NCBI GenBank assembly: GCA_038204425.1 | Contig: JBBRCZ010000001.1 | Location: 128,001-192,000 of the forward strand | Source of the DNA: Spirochaetia bacterium | GTDB taxonomy: Bacteria > Spirochaetota > Spirochaetia > DSM-27196 > Salinispiraceae | Direction of reading: 5' to 3' | Length of the DNA: 64,000 nucleotides | Part shown: piece after piece, positions 58,044 through 64,000 of the stretch | Layout of the letters: each line of letters begins with the position of its first letter | How positions within the stretch are numbered: position 1 is the first letter of the stretch | Notes under the pieces: generated by a model | Database searches by the model: none | What the model was told of the DNA's origin: nothing | The model's input: only the letters and a program-made list of their open reading frames with translations | Translations under genes and position numbers: made by a program

Positions 58044-59531
58044 ATGAGAGAAGACAAAAAAGAAAGAATACTCTTTATTGTCTCAACACTAATCTGTTTT
58101 CTCACTAGTCTTGCTTTTGTCTTGTTTTTTTTCTTCCAATCAAGTCCAGCGCCTCAAGACTACATGTTGATCTATCAAAAAGAGCTCGCCATCAACGACG
58201 CGGGTTTGGTGATGAAAAAAATAAGCAAAGACTTGGAAGACAGGACTGTCTCCGCTACACCAATGCTTGTGCAAGTGCTTGTTCCATTTCTCGAGAATAC
58301 AAAATTTGATGAGGATTTTCGCTTACTGTGCTTGAGTTTTCTCAAGAGAAGACCTAACGATAGAGCAGTCTTGTCACTTGCTTATGCTTCGGCACAAGCT
58401 AAGTCCTCTTGGGCATTTGCGGTTTTTTCTGCTTACCCAGTTGTCAGCAGCGCTCATGCGCTTTCTAACGAACTCAGTCTCAATGCAAAACAAAGCTCCA
58501 AGTCTGAGTTGCTTAGGATGCTTAAGAGCCATAAAGATAGTGCAAGCCTTGGAGTCTTGAACCGGGTGCTGACCAAGGCATATCTGGGTGACTTATCGGG
58601 TGCGCAGCAGCTTCACAAAGTATTTTTGGCTAGTCACTTAGCCGCTAAGGAAGAAAACGACCTGCTTTCCAAGTTGATTTCTTACGACCTTGAATCTTTT
58701 GAGGTCGAGCAAGTCTTGGATAAGTTCTTGACATTGAGTCCGAAACACAGTTTCTCGATCGTCAATAGGTTATTAGATTTGTCCATAGTCGCAAAAAGAC
58801 CAGATCAATTTATTAGGAATTTTGAAGTTGCTATCAATCGTCAGATCCAAGTTTCTCCAATTCACCAGTTTAACTATCAGATGGTTAAATTTGGCAGCTT
58901 GGGGTCTACGATCGAACCAAAAGATTCTCAGAAGGCATTCTTTTCAGATTTTATTCAAGAGAAAAAGGATGTTAGAGCGCTAAAAGCTTGGCTCTTGGAA
59001 TCTTATCTGCAGAGTCGGGACGTCAGGATGCTCAGGCTACTTGCATACTATAGCATTCAAATGGGCGAGACTGATGAAATTATGGCTATCCTTGCCGAAT
59101 CAAAGGATTCAAAAGAAAACTGGTCATTGTTCTATCGGTCCATATTGTTTGAAGAGCAGTCACCAAGTTCTCACCTTGGATCTGGAGCGTCGGTATTTCA
59201 TCCTTTGGCTGACGCATACCTGCTCTTGAATAAGTCTAGGTTGGAAATTCTTAACAATAGGAACACTGCTGCCATCGCGGATCTTAAGGAGGCTATCAAA
59301 CATTTTAGAGTTGTCAGCCTTGATCAAGAGAATGTAAGTGGCAGTACCTATGGCTTAATCTGGAGCGACTTTTTAGCCTTGGCTTCTAGAATCTATCAAA
59401 CGGCGGGCGACAAGCAAAAGGCTTCCAAGGACTTTTCTTCGCTTGACACCGTACTGCCCGAGCACTCGCAATTATTTTATGCCGAGAAGTTACTGCCTAA
59501 TGACTCGTTTATTGACCGAAATGAAAGGTGA
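58044..59531 (+). CDS. Hypothetical membrane-anchored helical protein
   Basis: 495-aa ORF with one N-terminal TM segment; tightly packed between nusB and map. Confidence 0.7.
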   Translation: MREDKKERILFIVSTLICFLTSLAFVLFFFFQSSPAPQDYMLIYQKELAINDAGLVMKKISKDLEDRTVSATPMLVQVLVPFLENTKFDEDFRLLCLSFLKRRPNDRAVLSLAYASAQAKSSWAFAVFSAYPVVSSAHALSNELSLNAKQSSKSELLRMLKSHKDSASLGVLNRVLTKAYLGDLSGAQQLHKVFLASHLAAKEENDLLSKLISYDLESFEVEQVLDKFLTLSPKHSFSIVNRLLDLSIVAKRPDQFIRNFEVAINRQIQVSPIHQFNYQMVKFGSLGSTIEPKDSQKAFFSDFIQEKKDVRALKAWLLESYLQSRDVRMLRLLAYYSIQMGETDEIMAILAESKDSKENWSLFYRSILFEEQSPSSHLGSGASVFHPLADAYLLLNKSRLEILNNRNTAAIADLKEAIKHFRVVSLDQENVSGSTYGLIWSDFLALASRIYQTAGDKQKASKDFSSLDTVLPEHSQLFYAEKLLPNDSFIDRNER

Positions 59532-59537
59532 CCTGCA

Positions 59538-60311
59538 GTGAAACTCAAGAACATGGATGATGTAAAAGGAATTAGAAAGTCCTGTGCTCTACTTGCGGAG
59601 ACTTTTGAATACATAGAAAGTATCATTAAGCCTGGCACTACCGGCTATGACTTGGATCGCGTTGCTGAGGAATTTATTCGTGCACGTGGAGGTGTACCTG
59701 CATTCAAGGGGTATGGTGGCTTTCCTGCTGCACTTTGCCTATCGCTCAATGATGCAGTGATCCATGGTATTCCAAAAAAGGAACCATTTAAGATTAAGGA
59801 TGTAATTAGTGTTGATTGTGGTATTAATCTAAACGGATATTTTTCTGATTCAGCTCATACTTTTACCTTGGGCCCGCAAGACCAAGCGGTTACCAACTTA
59901 CTTAGAATTGCAGAAGAAAGTCTGTTTCTGGGAATAGAAGAAGCACGAAAAGGCAATAGAATAAATGATATATCCCGGGCTATTTTTAAGCATAATCGTC
60001 AGAATGGTTATGGTATAGTTAGGCCTTATTGTGGTCATGGGGTTGGCTTTGGCGTCCATGAAGAACCGCAAGTCCCAAACTACGTCGGATCTGGTCCCAA
60101 TCCACGGCTCAAAGTTGGCTTGGTGCTTGCAATAGAGCCAATGATAAACTTGGGGACCGATGAGGTCTACGTGGCCAAGGACGATTGGACAGTTTTGACA
60201 AAAGATCACAGTATTTCGGTTCATTTTGAACACACAATCGTTATACTTGAAGATAGCACCGAAATCTTAACACTCTGGGGAAGCAAAAGAGGATACCAAG
60301 TTCATGCATAG
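59538..60311 (+). CDS. map: Methionine aminopeptidase type I
   Basis: C.S.N..VIHGIP, D.G....GYFSDSA, GHGVG...HEEP, AIEPM, HFEHT. Confidence 0.97.
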   Translation: MKLKNMDDVKGIRKSCALLAETFEYIESIIKPGTTGYDLDRVAEEFIRARGGVPAFKGYGGFPAALCLSLNDAVIHGIPKKEPFKIKDVISVDCGINLNGYFSDSAHTFTLGPQDQAVTNLLRIAEESLFLGIEEARKGNRINDISRAIFKHNRQNGYGIVRPYCGHGVGFGVHEEPQVPNYVGSGPNPRLKVGLVLAIEPMINLGTDEVYVAKDDWTVLTKDHSISVHFEHTIVILEDSTEILTLWGSKRGYQVHA

Positions 60312-61719
60312 CAAAACGAGAAATACAATTGTCTTGTGGTCGAGTATGGTTTTTGTTTTCGTACTTTCTTTCTCTTGTGGTTCCATTGATTTTAGGTCAT
60401 TGCAGACTCACGTACACAGCTCCTCGGAAATTGCGCTACCATCGATAGTCCAACTCGATGTCAAAATTACCAAAACGGACCTCAGTCCTGCTGACGGGAT
60501 GCGTCCATTTCTCGACTACTTTTTTGACGATCCTAGCGAAAAAGATAAGAAGAGAACCTTTAGATTTGAGAGTCTAGGTTCAGGAGTAGTTTTTCTAAAA
60601 AAGAACGACCTATACTTCATAATTACCAATGGTCATGTTGTTGGTGAAGCCGAAGAAGTCAGTATATTGCTTTATGACGGGCAGGAGTTTCAAGGGAAAG
60701 TAGTAGGCAAAGATCCAAGGAAGGATATTGCCGTGATTTCGTTCACTAGCTCAGTCAGTATTCCGCTCGCAAGTTTTGCCAATTCCGACAAAGTTAGAAT
60801 CGGTGACTTTGTACTTGCAATTGGTAGTCCTTATGGCTTTCAGTCCTCGGTTACGTTTGGGATAGTCTCTGCTCTCAATCGCAGGGGCGGGCCCTCAGAT
60901 AATGTGAGTGATTTTATCCAAACTGACGCTGCGATAAACCAAGGTAACTCGGGTGGTGCTTTGGTAAATATGAATGGTGAAGTAGTGGGTATCAATACCT
61001 GGATTAGTTCCCAAACAGGAGATAGCGTCGGACTTGGTTTTGCAATACCAATTAACAGTGTAAAAAATTCGGCTCTTGATTTGATAGAGTTTGGAAGAAT
61101 TCGCTATGGCTGGATTGGCGTTCATTTTCAAACTATTGACCAAAGCATAAAAAAGAATCTCCGCAATCAAGTCAATCGAGGGGTTTTGCTAACTGGGCTC
61201 TATCAGGATTCACCGGGCGCACAAGCCGGGTTGCGACTTGGTGATGTTATTGTCAGTGTTAATGAAAAACAGATTAAGGAAATGGGTGACTTAATCCAAT
61301 CGGTTGGAGAGTCATCCGTCGAGAGCAAATTGCTTGTTCAAGTTATTAGAGACGGAAAACCTCTATCTGTCTATGTCAAAGTTGAAGAAAGACGCGCTGA
61401 CGATGATTTGGCTAGCAAGAATAGACTTTTGTTCCCAGGTTTCGTAGCCTACCCGCTAAACAACGAGTTGCGGGAAGAACTTAAAGCTTCAAGCGATCAA
61501 GAGGGCTATCTCGTCACACAGGTTGTACCTGGTTCTGTTGCACAGTTGGCGGGATTAAAGGCAAAGGACATTGTTGTTTCAATAGATGGAAAACTGGCTG
61601 TAAAGCTCACGGAATTTTATGTAATGTTTTCGGACCCTACCATTGAAAGTTTTGAAATTGTAGTTTTGCGTGAAGGCGAGAAAGTGGACTTGTTGTTAAA
61701 GAGAGCTGACCGTGACTAA
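60304..61719 (+). CDS. htrA: HtrA/DegP serine protease with two PDZ domains, probable lipoprotein
   Basis: Lipobox-like LSFSC; LGSG, TNGHVV, DIAV, FIQTDAAIN.GNSGG. Confidence 0.93.
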   Translation: MHSKTRNTIVLWSSMVFVFVLSFSCGSIDFRSLQTHVHSSSEIALPSIVQLDVKITKTDLSPADGMRPFLDYFFDDPSEKDKKRTFRFESLGSGVVFLKKNDLYFIITNGHVVGEAEEVSILLYDGQEFQGKVVGKDPRKDIAVISFTSSVSIPLASFANSDKVRIGDFVLAIGSPYGFQSSVTFGIVSALNRRGGPSDNVSDFIQTDAAINQGNSGGALVNMNGEVVGINTWISSQTGDSVGLGFAIPINSVKNSALDLIEFGRIRYGWIGVHFQTIDQSIKKNLRNQVNRGVLLTGLYQDSPGAQAGLRLGDVIVSVNEKQIKEMGDLIQSVGESSVESKLLVQVIRDGKPLSVYVKVEERRADDDLASKNRLLFPGFVAYPLNNELREELKASSDQEGYLVTQVVPGSVAQLAGLKAKDIVVSIDGKLAVKLTEFYVMFSDPTIESFEIVVLREGEKVDLLLKRADRD

Positions 61720-62320
61720 GGAATTTGTTTCCTACAATCAAATTCGTAACAATGCCCTAAACCTTGCCTTCCAAATTCGCCAGGATGGCTTTATGCCGGA
61801 TGTTATTTACGTGAGCCTTCGTGGTGGAGCCTACATGGGCAACGTAATCAGTGAGTACTTTAAAGTTTTGAGAAAAGGACTACGACCAATTCTCTATGCT
61901 GCAGTAGTGGCTCGATCCTATTCTGACGTGCATCAAAATAGTAAGGTTCGCATCGATGGTTGGACCTACAATCCCGAGCATCTGCGAAGTGGAGACAAGA
62001 TCCTACTAGTAGATGATATTTATGATTCTGGTCAGACTGTCAACTACCTTGTGGATATTCTGGTGGAGAAGGGGATTCCGCGCAGCGACATTAAAGTCGT
62101 TGTTCATGACTATAAAGTGAGAAGCAACAAAAACACCAAGCATGATGTCGTACCGGACTACTACCATCGAAAGATTGTTATTGACTCAGACAAACAAGAC
62201 AACTGGATTCACTACTTGAGTCATGAATTGGTCGGACTTAACGAAAGCGAGATCAAAAAAAACTATGGAGAAGATCAACAAACGGTTGAAATCCTTTTGG
62301 AACTTCTTTCCGATGATTAA
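61712..62320 (+). CDS. Phosphoribosyltransferase-family protein
   Basis: SLRGG and the PRPP loop LLVDDIYDSGQT. Confidence 0.88.
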   Translation: MTKEFVSYNQIRNNALNLAFQIRQDGFMPDVIYVSLRGGAYMGNVISEYFKVLRKGLRPILYAAVVARSYSDVHQNSKVRIDGWTYNPEHLRSGDKILLVDDIYDSGQTVNYLVDILVEKGIPRSDIKVVVHDYKVRSNKNTKHDVVPDYYHRKIVIDSDKQDNWIHYLSHELVGLNESEIKKNYGEDQQTVEILLELLSDD

Positions 62321-62325
62321 GGTGT

Positions 62326-64000
62326 ATGAATAAAAAATGGATATTCTGTCTATTTGTTGTTACTCATTTTTTACTTATTGGGCAGCTAGTTGCTGAGGAA
62401 CTGCCAAAGTCTGAACTGGCTGTTGTAGAAGGTTTAGGTGGGAAGAAACTTTTCAACAGCGATCTTATACTAGTCCCAGCCGTTGGTCAGGGCTCAATCC
62501 AGTACGAACTTGTAACCAATGCCGATGTGGTTGCTGACATCAACGCTAATTCACCCGTTCTTTCAGAATCGGGCTTAAAGATTGCTTCCCAAGAAAACAA
62601 GCAAGTCTCCTACCTGCTGCGTCTTAAACATGTAAGGCTTGGATACTTGGCTTCAGATGATCTTGTTCTGGAATTTGTAATAGATCGTCAAAAGCCGGAG
62701 TTACCTGATTTGCAGGGTCTTGAAGACATCAATTTTTTGAGCCAAAGTATAGAGTTGGAACCAAGAACCAGTTCCAATAGCTCAATTTGGTATCGTATTT
62801 CGTCAAAAGACTATCCCAGTCAAGCCGATAGACCCGACTTTTTGGCCATTGAAGAACTTGGGATAGAAAATTTTCAACTGCTTCAAAATCGTTATATCGC
62901 CCTGCCAGCACCTAGCAAAAACAATCGCGAGTATCGTTTGAGTGCATACAGCCAAAATCAAGCGGGAAACCAGTCGGAAATAGTGAGTTGGACTTTTGTT
63001 GTGGAATCAGAAACTGTTTATGTTGTTGACAACACGTCGTTGAATGACAAGTTCCAAAACGGGTCCAGAAAGTTTCCTTTCAATAGTCTTAGTAGTGCTT
63101 TGCTGTTTGCAGAACGCAACCAAAAGACCGTGGTTAAATTATCGGGTGGCAACTTCCCTTTGGCAAATGAACTTAAGATCGTGCATAGTGTCGCTTTGCT
63201 TGGTTCCAACTCTATAGAAACGTGGAAGCCCGATTCAAACAAACTTACCATCGTGTACCCAAGCACGAGTTTCATGGGTCAGAATTTAATAGTGGTTCAG
63301 GATTCCAGTGTTCAGTTCTTCAAGATATATTTGACGGACTCTGGTCGAAGTATAAAATCCTTATTTCGTTCTAGTCGGGCAAACCTTACTTTTACGGATT
63401 GTAATGTTGCAACCACCAAAGCACTGTCGGCAATAGAGGCTGTTCAATCTGAAGTGTCGATTGTTGCATCGCTTGTATCTTGCAACGATCCTTTGGTATC
63501 TGATCTAATCGTGCTCAATGAATCAAAACTTGTACTTAACAGTTCAATAGTAGAAAACTCCGATTTACCAAGTCTGCTTCTAAAACAGTCACGTGACGCA
63601 GTTTATGTACTTATTAAGGCAAACAAAAGTCAGATAACTAGTCAGAGCTCAAAATTTGTTTCGCGCAGTGGAAAGAACACTACCAATATTTTTCTTGACA
63701 AAAGTACTTTGGAAGCGCGAGATTCTTCTTTTCTTGGTGGCTATGGGACAGAGCTGAGTGTCATTCTTGATGCCCAGAATCAATCGGCTATCGGCCTTGT
63801 TGGGTGCCACATTGAATCAAGCCTATTGGCCAAAACAAGTGTCAATGTTCGTTTATTCAAAGGCAAATTTGAATCCAGCCAAAGCACTATGGCGATCCAA
63901 GGCAAACTTTTGGCATACGGTTTTATAGTCAATCAAGCGCAGATAGAAAGCCTGAGGTCCAACTATAAACTTAGTTCTGCACAAGATTTCTTGTGCCTTG
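62326..64000 (+). CDS. Exported Ig-like plus beta-helix-like protein (partial, runs off the window; not in the ORF track)
   Basis: ATG 62326 after AAGGTG; frame read by hand is open to 64000 (over 550 aa); signal peptide MNKKWIF...LVAEE; Ig-like ends IDRQKP and AYSQNQAGNQS; YVV...GSRKFPFNSLSSAL followed by S/I/V/L-rich beta repeats. Confidence 0.75.
   Translation, partial: MNKKWIFCLFVVTHFLLIGQLVAEELPKSELAVVEGLGGKKLFNSDLILVPAVGQGSIQYELVTNADVVADINANSPVLSESGLKIASQENKQVSYLLRLKHVRLGYLASDDLVLEFVIDRQKPELPDLQGLEDINFLSQSIELEPRTSSNSSIWYRISSKDYPSQADRPDFLAIEELGIENFQLLQNRYIALPAPSKNNREYRLSAYSQNQAGNQSEIVSWTFVVESETVYVVDNTSLNDKFQNGSRKFPFNSLSSALLFAERNQKTVVKLSGGNFPLANELKIVHSVALLGSNSIETWKPDSNKLTIVYPSTSFMGQNLIVVQDSSVQFFKIYLTDSGRSIKSLFRSSRANLTFTDCNVATTKALSAIEAVQSEVSIVASLVSCNDPLVSDLIVLNESKLVLNSSIVENSDLPSLLLKQSRDAVYVLIKANKSQITSQSSKFVSRSGKNTTNIFLDKSTLEARDSSFLGGYGTELSVILDAQNQSAIGLVGCHIESSLLAKTSVNVRLFKGKFESSQSTMAIQGKLLAYGFIVNQAQIESLRSNYKLSSAQDFLCL

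Overview
A gene-dense, almost wholly coding chromosomal segment of a spirochete (class Spirochaetia, probably free-living). The assignment rests on gene order and protein style: rplI-dnaB; rpsB-tsf-frr-uppS-cdsA-rseP; murI-rsgA-mutS2-lipoprotein-V-ATPase (E, DUF2764, A, B, D, I, K); uvrA-lptD-like; phoH-ybeY-corC-TPR-gap-pgk-tpiA-secG; surA-nusB-hyp-map-htrA-PRT; a treponeme-type PGK insertion; and an LFAGGxxE signal peptide. An accessory stretch at about 9.8-24.5 kb holds a multi-Ig/OmpA envelope protein, Maf, a YdjG-like Zn-ribbon protein, ilvBN plus a GH42 beta-galactosidase, a crtI-crtB-crtE carotenoid operon, and pdxST divergent from yggS. I found no rRNA, tRNA, CRISPR array, prophage, transposase or intein, and no clearly new multi-gene system. 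The best leads are carotenoid genes with no dxr at its usual site, recurrent leaderless promoter architecture, a five-hairpin rpsB leader, a Cys-less ComFB protein behind dnaB, a Na+-signature V-ATPase rotor, and a pentapeptide/degenerate-MBL/Zn-finger divergon. All product calls come from motif recognition by eye; no database searches were run.
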